Assembly: GCA_964016885.1 (NCBI GenBank)
Contig: OZ024745.1
Span: forward strand, 130,262,001 to 130,326,000
DNA length: 64,000 bases
Direction: 5' to 3'
From: Eledone cirrhosa
Taxonomy: Eukaryota
In this document: piece after piece, positions 26,236 to 41,220 of the stretch
Position numbering within the stretch: the stretch's first letter is position 1
Layout: every line of letters starts with the position of its first letter
The notes under the pieces: model-generated
What the model saw: only the letters and a program-made list of their open reading frames with translations
Told to the model about the DNA's origin: nothing
Database searches by the model: none
Position numbers and translations under genes: made by a program

Positions 26236-27002
26236 ATTGTTTATTCCTAACCTACGGCATTATCTCTTTCACCATTCTCGGGAATTTGTACCACATTATT
26301 CTCCTTTATATGTCCATACAGTCGCCTAGAGCAAAATCTACGACGGCCCCGGATACTTCTGATGTTATGTATAACAGATAATATATAACCTATTCTTAAT
26401 TTGTATTCATTAATCAAATCCAATGCAATCGCCATAAGAATATTCGATCAAACGTTTGTACAAGACTCAGCATCCATACACACTCTCTGTAGAACTGTAT
26501 ATCTGATTACTATGCCTGTGTGAAAGTAAATGTGTGAGATGGCATTTCAGTCTTTTAAAACATATTAATTTCTATAGGCATTAGTGTATACATGTGTGAA
26601 TAAGTGAATAAGTACTGTGTCGAAGGATGTGTGTTTGTATTCCACGGGGTGTAAGTTGTATTTCAGGTTATATACTCACATTTAATTTACGATTCTCTTG
26701 TGTTGAAGTCAGTCTAGAAGTGTCACTTTGATTTCAAACTACGGAATATGGGACTCCATCGTAATGATTACAAAATCCTTTGATTGCCATACCATCGTTG
26801 TTTGTTTACATGACTCGCTCGTTTCACCCTATTTTACTTGTCCCAATAACTTTATTTGTTATTGCTCGCGCCAACTAGAGGTATATGATTTTTAAAGCGA
26901 TGAAATACCAATGAAAGTTGGAAGATCACTGATGAAGGACTAATTTTATTCATATGTAACCCATGTGCAACCACGCGGCGCTCCATTTTTCTCATATTTA
27001 TA

Positions 27003-27086
<84 letters not shown>

Positions 27087-27202
27087 AGTGAGATATATGG
27101 TTTTTAATGCAATGAAATATCTATGATCTTCGGCAAATCACTGATGAGGGACTTATTTTATTACATGTTATCCATGTGCTACCTGCAGTATTTTTCTCTA
27201 TA

Positions 27203-27277
<75 letters not shown>

Positions 27278-28028
27278 GTGTGTGTATGTGTGTGTGTTCA
27301 GATCGATGCTGACATAAAGATTCTATGAACATAACAGTGTAACATTCTATATATTTTCTGTTAGGTAATATATTTCATTATAAATATCTATGTTTATACG
27401 GCTCTCCTATATTCTGAAACATTATGTTAGCCCTCAGTAGTCCCTATTTTTATTCTATTTTATAGTTTGACGCAGGAATGTCAATGCAATGCGCACGTAT
27501 GCAGGTCTACCGTTTGATCAAATACAATCAGTAACGATATTTATATTTAAAAAAAAAAATTTATTCAGAATGCAGAAGAAATACTTGTAAGGATTTCAAT
27601 ATTTTTAAAAGTCCTCATTAATTTTCTTTGTGATAGCAAATATTGCAAATTGAAGAAAAAGGACTCAAATGATATTTGAATAGGATTACCAACGTAAACC
27701 ATTAACGATATAGAACGCCAATTAAATAGGTATTTCCTAAAATAATATCCCACAATTATCAATAGAAATAAGTAAGGCTAAAGCAAATAATGAAAGTAAG
27801 AAATAGTAAAGAACACAGAGAAAAACGCAAAGAAAGTAACATATAAAAAATACAATGTTTTCTTATATTGTGTTATCGTTTACATCATTATATCGCGACA
27901 TTGATGTGAGTATACCCAGAAATATATGCATGTTTGTATGTACGTATATATGTAATTATGTATGTATGTATGTATGTATATATATGTATGTATGTATGTA
28001 TGCATGTATGCATGCATGAATGTTTGAA

Positions 28029-28107
<79 letters not shown>

Positions 28108-28263
28108 ATGTACATATACATACATATATATGTATGCATATGTATATGTATGTATATGTATATATATATATATGTGTGTGTGTGTATGTATATATTTATA
28201 GAAATATACACACACACATACACACACACATGCACACACGGACGCACCCCCCCCCCCACCCTC

Positions 28264-28294
<31 letters not shown>

Positions 28295-28814
28295 CATATA
28301 CATATATATAGGCGACCACATAAGTATGGAGAAGCTTGATGGTGTACATACAATTGCGGCCTGCAATGATCATGGAAAATCCTCAACAATTCAACACCAT
28401 TTTTTCAGTAGAATACTAAAATAATGTTGGCCTTGAGCCGAGTCATAATAGGAGAATTTCGTTTCAAAATAGAAGAATATATTTATATATATACATACAT
28501 TCATTTGTGCATAAGTGTGTATGTGTGTGTGTGTGTGGTTGTGTGCGTGACCTTAGGAGCGTGTGTGTGTATGAGTTTGTGTGTTTCATGTGTCTGTGAA
28601 GGGAGAGAGGGCAGATTGTTGGAAAGAATGGTAAATATATAGTTACTCTGTTGAATATATGAACAAGAAAGAGAAATTTTATAAAGGAAAAGTAAACAAG
28701 ACGACGAATGAAAAAGAGATGAAAGATATTTCATATCCACAGATTCTTTATTCGAAAGACTAATTCCCGCACCATATCAATATTCAGATCATAGATAATC
28801 TATACTTAACTTTA

Positions 28815-29215
28815 TACTCTCGAGTTTCAAATAATCTAACCCCAACCCTTCGCCTATTAATTTTTCAGATGTTTTTCCAGCAACACATTATTATTCCAGC
28901 CTCGTCCCTCTTATTAAAATTTGCTAGTCTATATCCGGAGAAATTTTATTTTAAATGGTAACAATCCTGCGACATTCAATTTCCTTTATACATTAAAACG
29001 CACTATACATGACAAAAGAGTACATTACTAGGATTTCTATACGATATAAAATAAATAGGATGGATTGTGGTCTCAATATATAAACTAAACGAGTAATTCT
29101 GTATATATTTTTTTTAAATCAACGTAAAATGCTGTGAAACATTACCAATTTTACAAACCTTATTATTCCCCCTCCACGTATTCCAATTCCACCTATTATT
29201 TGGGACCCGAGAGTA
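28815..29215. mobile_element. MITE with imperfect TIRs (TACTCTCG...CAAATAAT), Tc1/mariner/pogo-like TA ends
   Basis: Terminal inverted repeats, and a diverged inverted copy at about 12858-13200. Confidence 0.65.
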
Positions 29216-29283
29216 GGTGTATAAGGAATTATAATGGTGGACCTCAGCTTCAGCTGCTTTCTTAAGAAAGTCATTCAAGAGAT

Positions 29284-29335
29284 AAACATTAATGATAAGA
29301 AAGAAGTCTATACTTCTTTCTTATCATTAATGTTT
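29284..29335. repeat. Perfect 24-bp-arm hairpin with a 4-nt loop
   Basis: AAACATTAATGATAAGAAAGAAGT-ctat-ACTTCTTTCTTATCATTAATGTTT. Confidence 0.9.
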
Positions 29336-31011
29336 TCATTACATCATTCATTGCCACCTTGCAGAGAAACAAAATAATAGGTCTCAATGACTTATTTCAG
29401 GAAGTTTATCAGAATTCGGAGAGGAACAAATTCCTAGACAAATAGTTAAGTAGGGTTTAACATACTTACTGTTGTAAGGTCCTGACATATAGTTAATCAA
29501 TAAATAGTACGACTGTTAGGACAGGAATTCTATTAGAATTAATGATAATTCTTGTGAAAAGGAGCAAAGGACGAAAAGCTAAAATATATATTTACTAAAA
29601 GTTAAACTGGGATATGCACTGAAGTAGAAATTGGATGGAAAGCAAATTCGTTTGAAAAATTTAGACAGCTCTCTCTCTATTCGATACATTATATAGGATT
29701 AGAGTCATATACAGAAAGTAATTCATAGAAAATGAAACAGTAGAATAACATTTCAAATGTTTTTGTTGTTGCAGTGGCGATCAGATTGTTGCACGTGTCT
29801 GTGAAAGTGCAATATCACCACTTCTCAATATTTCTCAGATGTCCAAGTAGACGGTAGATTTTGAACTTGTAACGATGTGTATTGAATTCCCGCTTAAAAC
29901 TAATACCACGTGATAGGTAATTTCTCCTGGCTGACATATCATCAACAGCAGTGGAGAGCCACAGAAAGAGAGAGTAAAAGAGAAGAGAGAGAGGGAGAGA
30001 GAGAGTGAGAGAGAGAGAAGATTTACTTCATAAATTGACAAATATGCGTATATGTATACATTACCACAATTGGGTTAGTTACAGTTTGGTCGTTTCTACT
30101 CTTATTATTGGCCGATAAAACGGTGAGGGTTTCGGAATAAGATTGATTTCCATTGTGTGGTGGCTTATATTCGTTTTTACTGTTCAGTTCTGATTTCCTG
30201 GCGGGATCGTTATCCCGTCAACTGGTATTAACTGCTGGATGGAAGAATATTTGACATATTACCTGAGATAAATCTCCCTCGCTTTCGTGAAACAATTGTC
30301 TTAAGATAAGTAAATTGCTAGTAGAAATAGGCACCATAGATGTCGCGAGAGAACTGATAACATAAAAGTCCGTAAATGCTCTTAAGAAACATCGGGCACT
30401 CTAACAGAACTAATAGTTTATTCATCCATCCATGAAGAATAAAAAAATAAGGTTGACACCACTGGGATTTGAACTCAGAGATGCAAAAATATATATAATC
30501 TAAACAAAAAATAATCCACACTGTTAATACATTGCATTTACGTAACATCAACATGAACAAAAATTATAAGCAATAAAAAACATGATAGTTATTTAGGATT
30601 TAGTATCCACCGTGATACAATGTCATTTAAACATTTAAAGGAAACTTAAAATAACTTAATTTATACAATCGTTTATTTAGCTATATACTTGTGTCTTTAG
30701 TTATTGAGCATACAAAGTGGCACGTACATAATATAAATACAATTGATCTTGATCAGAAATACTTGTATAATTTTAGATGTGTTACTACTATACAACAGTC
30801 AATTGGATTTATTGCAATCGATCTGACTAGCCTCCATGGTTTTAGTTTCGCTAAAAATGGATATATATTTGTTTGTATATATGTAGATATTATATTAATT
30901 CATTTGGTTATATTTATGTTTTGTTGAAGGTTTATATGTAAGTGGGTATATGTAAGCTTAGAAAACACATACATACGCACTCACACATACATATATTCAA
31001 ACACACACAAG

Positions 31012-31088
<77 letters not shown>

Positions 31089-31699
31089 TATATGTGTGTG
31101 TGTGTGAATGTATATATAAATGTATATATGTGTATATATATGTATATGTATGTGCATATGTATGTATATGCATACATACATGCATGCATACAAATATACA
31201 TACGTACATACATACATCCATACATACATACATGCATACATACATAAATACATACATACATATATACATAGATACAAGCGTATACACTAACACATACATA
31301 TCTGTGAGAGTTTTCTATACTGCTCCATCGATCGAGGTCATGTAAAATATATTTAGAGATGTTTTCAGGAATCGATTCAAACTTGCTTGCTCTAGATATT
31401 TTCGTCGCTTGTGGTTATTCAAAGATGTAGCTATTGTTTAGAAATCTTCAAAGGTTCTGTGTGACTGGATGAAAGGAAATAAGCATTAAATTACTAAAGT
31501 CAACTAGCTAAATCAATCCATGAATTCAATTAGAATAACAGTGTTTTCTAATATTGAATGCTGCATTGGGAAATCTACAAACCAGAATATCCTAAGTTAT
31601 TAAATGTGCCGTAAGGAATCTTTGATGAGGCATTTCACTAAACACGAGAGAAACTCTTTATCGCTATTTGTTTCGGAAATTTTGTATTATTATCATTCC

Positions 31700-32095
31700 T
31701 AGCATCGAAAATGCTCTGCGGCATACAGTTACGACCCTATACGTTCTGAGTTCAGATCCCGCCTAGGTTAGCTTCGCCTTTAATCCTCACGACGTCAATA
31801 AATTAAAGTACCAGTAATGCACTGGTGTCGATTTAATCGACTTTCCTCTACCCCAAAATTGTTGGCCTTGTGCCTAAATCAGAAACCATTATTTTCATTC
31901 TTAGGTGGATTGGCAGTATTGGTAAAGGGTCAGACGCCATGCTTTGCAGCATAGAGTTACGGCCCTTTTAGGTCTAAGGTCAAATTCCGCCGAGGTTAAC
32001 TTTGCCTTTCATCCTTATGGGGTCGATAAAATAAAGTACTAGTAATACACTGAGATAATTGCTGGTCTTGTGCCAAAAGTAGAAACAATTATTAT
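31700..32095 (+). mobile_element. Two tandem family A SINEs
   Basis: Consensus match. Confidence 0.82.
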
Positions 32096-32412
32096 CATTC
32101 CGAACATCTGATTTTGCAGCATTTTACACACTGTATTGAAACCCAACCGAGTTCTTAACTTTCATCATGCTGAGATCGATAGAATAAACTACCAGTCGTG
32201 TACAAGCGTCGATATAGGCGAGAAAATAAGAACAAAATGAAAGTAAGTTTTTAGATTAAAATATTGAATAAAATTGATTAGCTTTTAACGATTAGTGTCA
32301 GTAGGTTTTCGTCTCAAAACTGTTTCAAATATAACATAATTTCTTTTGTCTCACCCATATATCCACCATACAAACACATACAGGCTGATGCACACACGCT
32401 CACGCGCAGACA

Positions 32413-33131
32413 CGCAAACCACTGTACAATGCAATCCGTAAAAAAGATAGCCCCGGTAATAAACACATTAAAAGCTACAGCAATGTGGAAGACATCCATG
32501 TACATAATACGAAAGAGTACTGGTGGAATGTTTCAGTAAAAACCCCAATAAAATGCAGGCATAACAGACCAGATATTATGATATAGGACAGGGAGAAGAA
32601 AACATGCGCAGTGGTGGAAATTAGCTGCCCAGCAGATGCCAATATAATATCAAAGATTAGTGAAAAGGAGAATATTTATGCAGAACTGATGAGAAATCTG
32701 CAGATACTCCACCCTGATCACACCTTCAGATTTATGCCTGTGATTATTGGGGCACTGGGATATGTTATTAACTGCCTCAATACAAATCTTGAGAAGCTAG
32801 GCTTCACAGGAACAGAAAAAAGACAACTAGTTAGGAAATTACAAGTACAATCCATTAATGGAACAGTAAAAATATGTAAAACATTCCACAAATGTTGCAT
32901 CTAATAACTGCATATATACATGTACAGATACAAAGCATATGCACATGCACACATACAACTCAAAACATACACATCCACACATACAATAACATCCATATCT
33001 ACACATGCATGCATACATACATATCTACCTAGTTGATGTGTAAATTCCAATGAGAGAGTCTTGTGTCTATGTTAGAAACCGACTCTCTCTCTATTGGTAA
33101 AAAAAATTGTGAAATTATAAAACCAGAAGAA
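32413..33131 (+). mobile_element. Second, shorter copy of the R4/Dong-like element (RLE domain + 3' UTR)
   Basis: Near-identical to the reverse complement of 10457-11165. ORF 32611-32904. The 3' end AACCAGAAGAA is followed by CATACATA. Confidence 0.9.
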
Positions 33132-33480
33132 CATACATATGTACATGTCTACATTAAATTCTTTCGACATCAGTCATTGATTATCTGTAAATGACACAAA
33201 TAACAAGATCATCACAATACAGTGTGTAACCACCCCAGATAATGAATTCCAGATATATATTTCAACAGAGTAGAATATTCAGAGAAATAACTAATTGGGA
33301 TTTCGAATAACGTAACTCAATAAAATTATTCGATTAATGTGCTATAAAGTGATAAATAAATAAGTTAATTAATATATAAATATATTACAGAGTGTATTAG
33401 GAAAAATTAAATCTAAAGTTTTTTGGAAAGAAAATAATCAGCTGTTGATTCACACACACACACACACACATACGTTTATA

Positions 33481-33605
<125 letters not shown>

Positions 33606-33609
33606 GTGC

Positions 33610-33641
<32 letters not shown>

Positions 33642-33687
33642 CTATACTTACATATATGTATGTATATATATATACTTATATATATGC

Positions 33688-33741
<54 letters not shown>

Positions 33742-33844
33742 GTATATGCATATATATATATATATATATGTGTAGATGTGTGTGTGTGTGTGTATGCATA
33801 TATATATATATGTAGGTGCGTGTGTGGGTATACATATATATATG

Positions 33845-33892
<48 letters not shown>

Positions 33893-34376
33893 CGTGTGTG
33901 TGAATTCATACATATACCAATATCCATACGCATAAGTGTACGTACGTGAATCAATGTATGGTGGTGCGAGGATTATACATGCTCTTACAAAGCTACATAT
34001 TACTATATACGCGTTCTGTGCGATGTATGCGTGCTGTGCTGTACGTGAGATGTAAATACATGCATTAAAACTTAATTAGCTATGAAGTTTCAGACCAACG
34101 CCTGCGGCAGAACAAAAGTAATAGTTATACTTTGAAAATATGGAGTTGGCTTATTAAAGATCGTCTCATGTTCAAACTGAATCGCAGATTAATACGAAAT
34201 GCCTGTAAGCAGTCAAGTTTACGAGGGATGCCTGGTAATGAACTGAAGCAGAATTGGCTGCTCATATAGGATTCAAAACTAATTACTCTACATTAATCCA
34301 GTGTTTTGAAATATTTATTTATCCCAACATTTTTTCTCTCCCGACTGTGTTTCAGAAATGGTTTTGAAATGGCATG

Positions 34377-34449
<73 letters not shown>

Positions 34450-34462
34450 GTGTGTGTGTGTG

Positions 34463-34526
<64 letters not shown>

Positions 34527-34929
34527 CACATACATACACACACACACATATATATATATATGTGTGTGTATACGTGTATGTATGTATGCATGTTTCTATA
34601 TATACATATATAAAAATACACATATATATGTGTGTGTATGAGTGTGTAGGTACACATAAACACACACAGGCACACACATACGCACACACACCAGACACAG
34701 TTGGATATTTGGCTACTTAAATAATTACTCACACTCTCTGGATTAATGTGATTTCAACTCATTTTCATTCCTTTCTCTGGCCATATTCTTCCACTCATAT
34801 ATCATGGGACATCTTTTAACTGATGTTGTGTTTCCGTGATCAACTAAATACTAAAGTATAGGCGGAGCTGGACATATTAACATAATTCTCATCAACTACA
34901 CAATCCATTAGATACTGATTATGATAAGT

Positions 34930-35528
34930 AATAATTGTTTCTACATTTGGCACAAGGCCAGCAATTATCCCAGTACATTACTGGTGCTTTATTTTATCGA
35001 CTCCGAAAGGATGAAAGGCAGAAAGGCAAAGTTAAGCTCGGCGGGATTTGATCTCAGACCGCAAAGGGCCGTAACTCTATATTGCAAAGTATAGCATCCA
35101 TCATCTACCGATGTTGACAATCCACCGCTCTATTATGATAAATAATAATTGTTTCTACTTTTGGCACAAGGCCAGCAATTACCCAGTACATTACTGGGGC
35201 TTTATTTTATCGACCCTGTAAGGATGATAGGCAAAGTTAACCTCGGCGCGATTTGAACTCAGAATGGCAAGGGCCGTAACTCTATACGTCAAAGCATGGC
35301 GTCCGACCCTCTACCGATACTGCCAAGCAAATGATTTCTAGTATAGGCACAAGGCCAGTAATTTGGGGGAGGGGAAAGTCGATTAAATCGACCCCACTGG
35401 TGTTTTATTTTATCGACCCCGTAAGGATGAAAGGCAAAGTTAACCTCTGCGGGATTTGAACTCAGATCGTAAAGGGTCGAAACTCTTTGCTGCAACGCAT
35501 GTTGTCCGACCCTCTACCGATACTGCCG
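34930..35528 (-). mobile_element. Three tandem family A SINEs
   Basis: Consensus match on the minus strand. Confidence 0.85.
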
Positions 35529-36630
35529 TATTATAATAAGTAATAATGAAAAAAAAGTGACTAATAAACGATTATATATTTAACGTATAAATTCTTAGAA
35601 TATATATTTGTTGATGCAGATATTTACATATTACTGTTGGTATTGAATTTTGACATAAATATCTTTCGCGGTTCATAGAATAATCGGGAAATCCCCGCAA
35701 GAAATGATAGACTGTATATGGTTGCATAATTCTAAGTTTTGTCTCCACATTCTACTGACTCGAACTTCCAGCCTCTCATTTCTTGGTTTGCTAATGTAAG
35801 TAGAACTTAACTACTGAGTTGCATTTTGTCAAGTATAGATATTACATCTGCCAAAAGCATTCTGACAATGCTGGAAATGTCTGTTGCCAATATTGTTGAT
35901 TTATAGCCTGTTTCCATTTATATAGTGATAGCAGTGTTATAAATGCAAAGAAAAGTCTACAGTAATTTATAACATTTCATAACATTTGTGTTATCTAATT
36001 CAGTTCAACTATTATTACTGGTTTTAAGGAAATGAAATGTAGAATATGTAGGACAACACTTGGTATTTAGCACTTTTAACTATGTTTGTCTAAATATTGT
36101 TGTCATTCCCTTTAAGTTTCCTGCCTCGATATGATCCCTTATACACACACATACAGACACGCTCACGCGACCACACACACACTAACACACACATTCACAC
36201 TAATTTGTCTAATTCAATCAGATATCCATAAGATATACCCTCTGCTGGGACTAATTCTACCATTGGGAGATATATCAGTTCGCAGCAAATCTTGACAACT
36301 GTATCCGGTAGATTAGTTCAAATCCCCTATATACATCCAGAAGCATATCACAGACAATAGATGCTTTCTCATTCTGTGACACATTTCTTGGTGTACGATG
36401 ATATCAGGTTATTTGCCTTGGTATTTTCATTGCTGTCATCATTTCCAGCGGACAACAATCAATCACGTCTTTAAAATATTCTGTTTAAAATATTCTGTTT
36501 AAAATATTCTCTATTTATAAATGCTGAGTAACCAGAAATAAAGAATTTAATTATTTTATACTCTTCACCTTATACTTCACAATGCTGACGTATCATCCGA
36601 TGTCTCGAAGTTTGGTTTAATTGAAAAAAT

Positions 36631-36799
36631 TATCGTATTTCTCCGCGCCGAAGACGTCCCCGAAGTCGCACCCAAATTTTGACAACCAAAAATTTGAAAA
36701 AAAATAATGAACAACCTTTGGCCTCCAGGACGCATGGTAGATTTATCGGACTTATTTTAGGAAAAAAGTAGCGTATTCGACTCTCCGGGAAATACGGTA
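36631..36799. mobile_element. Short pogo/Tigger-like MITE
   Basis: TIRs TATCGTATTTCTCCG / CCGGGAAATACGGTA with TA ends. Confidence 0.65.
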
Positions 36800-37309
36800 C
36801 TTAAATATTTTAAGGGTAGCCAAATAAAATAGAGGGATTAAGCTATTTTTCTTTTAATAGAGGTGGCTTTAGCTTCCATAATTCCCGCTTTTCTGACCAC
36901 ATGTAGAATATATTTAATATTTAATCATAATATGTATATGTATTTAGTTTTTGTCACTAGTTTGTTACCTCTATGTTCTACGTCCGAGAAAATTAGGGAA
37001 AATCTTGTAGACATTAACTCCTGCTATACTTTCCTCCTTTAGTTTTCTGCAATGATCAGTTATGGGTTGTTGTTTTTCTATCAACATTTTTTTCTGTATA
37101 GGTATATGATTCTGTGCTGCATTCATTCAGTTGGTTTTTACAGATTTCTTTTCACAAATCCTTGCGATATTGTTGCCATAAAAGATTTGTAAGTTAGCGG
37201 AGGGTAGACTATGAATTTGTTGAATTTTGGGGTTTGTTGTTTCTTTAGCATAACGAGGATTGTCCACAGAGTAAGCAAAGTCAGATCGTTTTTTTTTTCG
37301 GGTACTGGC

Positions 37310-37427
<118 letters not shown>

Positions 37428-37607
37428 ATATAACTTATCTACGACCATTTCTTGTCTTTACTTAATAATACTAGTAATAAATTATAAATGATATAGATAG
37501 AATGGTCATTGTAACGAGTTTTTTCGCGCGATAACAGAAGGATAAATCCTCAAAATATCTGCCAGTAAAATGGAGAGTGAACAGAAACACATTAGGAAAG
37601 TTATTAT

Positions 37608-39200
37608 TTGGCAGTATCGGTAGAGGGTAAGACGTCATGCTTTGCAGCATAGAGTTACGTCCCTTTACGGTTCGAGTTCAAATCCCGCCAAGGTTAACTT
37701 TGCCTTTCATCCTTTCGGGGTCGATAAAATAAAGTAACAGTAATGCACTGGGGTAATTGCTGGCTGTGTACCAAAAGTAGAAACAATTATTCTAGAAATA
37801 TGTAGGGGGCATGATTGTCAGTATCGGTAGAGCGTGGGACAACATGCTTTATGGCATAAGATTACGCCCCTTTTAGATCTAATTTCCAATCCCGCCGAGG
37901 TTAACTTTGCCTATTATCCTCACGGGACGGGGTCGATAACATAAGGTACCAGTAATGCACTAGGGTCGATTTCATTGACATTTCCTCCCCAAAAATGTTT
38001 AGCCTTGTACCTAAGTCTGAAACCATTATTATAGAAATATGAATGGTGGATTGGCTGTATTGGTAGAGGGTCGGACGCCATGCTAGGGCGGTGGATTGGT
38101 AGTATTGGTAGAGGGTCGGACGCCATGTTAGGGCGGTGGATTGGTAGTATTGGTAGAGGGTCGGACGCCATGTTAGGGCGGTGGATTGGTAGTATTGGTA
38201 GAGGGTCGGACGCCATGCTAGGGTGGTGGATTGGTAGTATTGGTAGAGGGTCGGACGCCATGCTAGGGTGGTGGATTGGCAGTATCGGTAGAGGGTCGGA
38301 CGCCATGCTAGGGTGGTGGATTGGTAGTATTGGTAGAGGGTCGGACGCCATGCTAGGGTGGTGGATTGGCAGTATTGGTAGAGGGTCGGACGCCATGCTA
38401 GGGCGGTGGATTGGTAGTATTGGTAGAGGGTCGGACGCCATGTTAGGGTGGTGGATTGGCAGTATCGGTAGAGGGTCTGACACCATGTTAGGGTGGTGGA
38501 TTGGTAGTATTGGTAGAGGGTCGGACGCCATGCTAGGGTGGTGGATTGGTAGTATTGGTAGAGGGTCGAACGCCATGCTAGGGCGGTGGATTGGTAGTAT
38601 TGGTAGAGGGTCGGACGCCATGCTAGGGCGGTGGATTGGTAGTATTGGTAGAGGGTCGGACGCCATGCTAGGGCGGTGGATTGGTAGTATTGGTAGAGGG
38701 TCGGACGCCATGCTAGGGTGGTGGATTGGTAGTATTGGTAGAGGGTCGGACGCCATGCTAGGGTGGTGGATTGGTAGTATTGGTAGAGGGTCGGACGCCA
38801 TGCTAGGGTGGTGGATTGGTAGTATTGGTAGAGGGTCGGACGCCATGCTAGGGTGGTGGATTGGCAGTATTGGTAGAGGGTCTGACACCATGGTAGGGTG
38901 GTGGATTGGTAGTATTGGTAGAGGGTCTGACATGCTTTCCAGCATAGTTACATCACTTTACGATCTGAGTTCAAATCCCGCCGAGGTTAACTTTGCCTTT
39001 CATCCTTACGGGGTCGATAAAATAAAGTACCAGTAATACACTGGGATAATTTCTGGCCTTGTGCCAAAAGTAGAAACAATTATTATAGAAATATGAATTT
39101 CGAAATAAGACGAAGATATTCTTATCACTCTATTGTAAAGTACCAGTAATGTACTGGGATAATTGCTGGCCTTGTGTCAAAAGTAGACACAATTATTTTA
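37608..39200 (+). mobile_element. Cluster of family A SINEs; the third has a tandemly amplified head
   Basis: Copies at about 37608-37790, 37805-38031 and 38043-39085, plus a duplicated tail at 39137-39200. Confidence 0.88.
38043..38935 (+). repeat. 45-bp minisatellite (about 20 units) made of the SINE 5' head
   Basis: Unit GGGYGGTGGATTGGYAGTATTGGTAGAGGGTCGGACGCCATGCTA. The last unit continues into the SINE body. Confidence 0.95.
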
Positions 39201-39568
39201 GAAATATGAATTTTGAAATAAGACAAAGATATTCTTATCACACTATTTAAAGTGTCCATTAATATGAAAAGATAAAAACGAAGCCATTATTCTCTAATTT
39301 ATACTCAGCAGCTACAAGATTTTGGAGAAACAAGTTAAATGATAAATCTAGAATAACCAGCGACTGAATTGTAATTTGTTGAATGTTAATCGGAGAATAC
39401 GAGAAATGGAGAGAGAAGAGGAAACTAAAGTGAGAAATGGAAAGAGAACAGAAGAGAATCAAAGTGAGAAAAAGAATGAGAAATTCAAGATCATGGAACG
39501 CCTGTGTAGGATTAACTATATAATAATTACACAACTCATAGCAGATATAATTATACATGCATATGTGG

Positions 39569-39627
<59 letters not shown>

Positions 39628-39710
39628 TATATACATATGACTCTTTTCCTAAACACACACAGACACACACACATATATATATATGCATATATATATATTC
39701 ATATATATAT

Positions 39711-39821
<111 letters not shown>

Positions 39822-40417
39822 TACATAATTTTGCAAGCACAAACAAATATACACATCATATAAGCGCGCGCATGCAGACACACAGACACACAGGCACACT
39901 CACACATATATATTTCAATACTGATTAAAGCCTACACAGGTAAATGTGTTCCATAACGCAGGTGTTTTGCTTCGGAGTAGAAAGCATTAAGAAAATGAGG
40001 TATGAGGTTTATGAATCTATTCATCAATACGAGATAGTAATCAGTAAAAATTCTGATTCCTATATAAACCCTTTAAAACTAGGTGAAAGGTGATAAGCAA
40101 AATATAGTGTTCAGATCAACACGAAACCAATGGATATATGACAATAATCAACATTTAACTTGCTAATCGTATACGTTATCAATGTCGACCGGCTTTCTCT
40201 TTTGGTATCATTGAAATAATTAAGAAAATATACATAGTAATGGCGTTTGATTACTTCGATTCAATTCAATGAACGAAAGGAAATATCTGAAAATTATGGG
40301 AATTCAATTTAATAGAAGTGCAACAAATAAGTGTATTTCGAAGAATCGAAAAACTATTATGTATTCATCTATTGTTCCGTTTTAATCTCAGTTCATATAT
40401 ATGTAAGTATGTGTATG

Positions 40418-40550
<133 letters not shown>

Positions 40551-40639
40551 GTATATATATGTATATATATGTATACAGAGAGAGAATGTGTGTCTCTCCA
40601 TATATATATTTATATATATATATATTATATATATATATG

Positions 40640-40785
40640 GAGACATGTGGCCTAGTGGTAAGGGTGGGTGTTGTACTTATGATCATAATGTCGTGGGTTC
40701 GATTCCTGCGTTGCCTGATGTGTTCTTGAGCAAAACACTTCATTTCACATTGCTCCAGTATACTCAACTGAAAATGACACGCTAC
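40640..40785 (+). mobile_element. SINE family B, head and CORE-like part only
   Basis: TGGCCTAGTGG...GGTTCGATTCC...GTGTTCTTGAGCAAAACACTT. Confidence 0.75.
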
Positions 40786-41220
40786 TAGACCCTAATCGAT
40801 ATTTTAAGAAGTGGCTCCAATGTTAGCGTATGTTTTGTTACGTATCATATTATTTTAAGATGTCTTAGGACAAGATCAACTTATGTTTCGGCCAGGATTG
40901 ACCCAGTCTATGTTTGACGTAATAGGAATATCTCGGAAATAATTTAAAGCCATATTTTGACATTTTGAGAATATTGGGTGCAACATATTGTTTTCACCTT
41001 TGTGACGTACCGCCATTACACAACTGAAGACGGTTAGTTGGGGCTTTGCTTGAGGTGCACTGTAGAACTATAACATGAAAGAGAAGAGCTACTATCAAAC
41101 CTTTGTAGCAGGAAATCCCGGTCTTTTTGTGAGTATTTAGGATCTTTTTTATTCTAAAGAAGCATATTCTGTTAATGTCTTCATAAACTACATTCTTCAT
41201 GTATGATAACATGAAAACGT

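Noticed and set aside
37920-39036. 341-aa and 318-aa repeat proteins; CRISPR-like periodicity
   Set aside because: These are translations of the 45-bp SINE-head minisatellite. There are no unique spacers and no cas genes.
40640-40715. tRNA gene
   Set aside because: A and B boxes are present but the cloverleaf is poor and the sequence runs into a SINE core. It is a SINE head.
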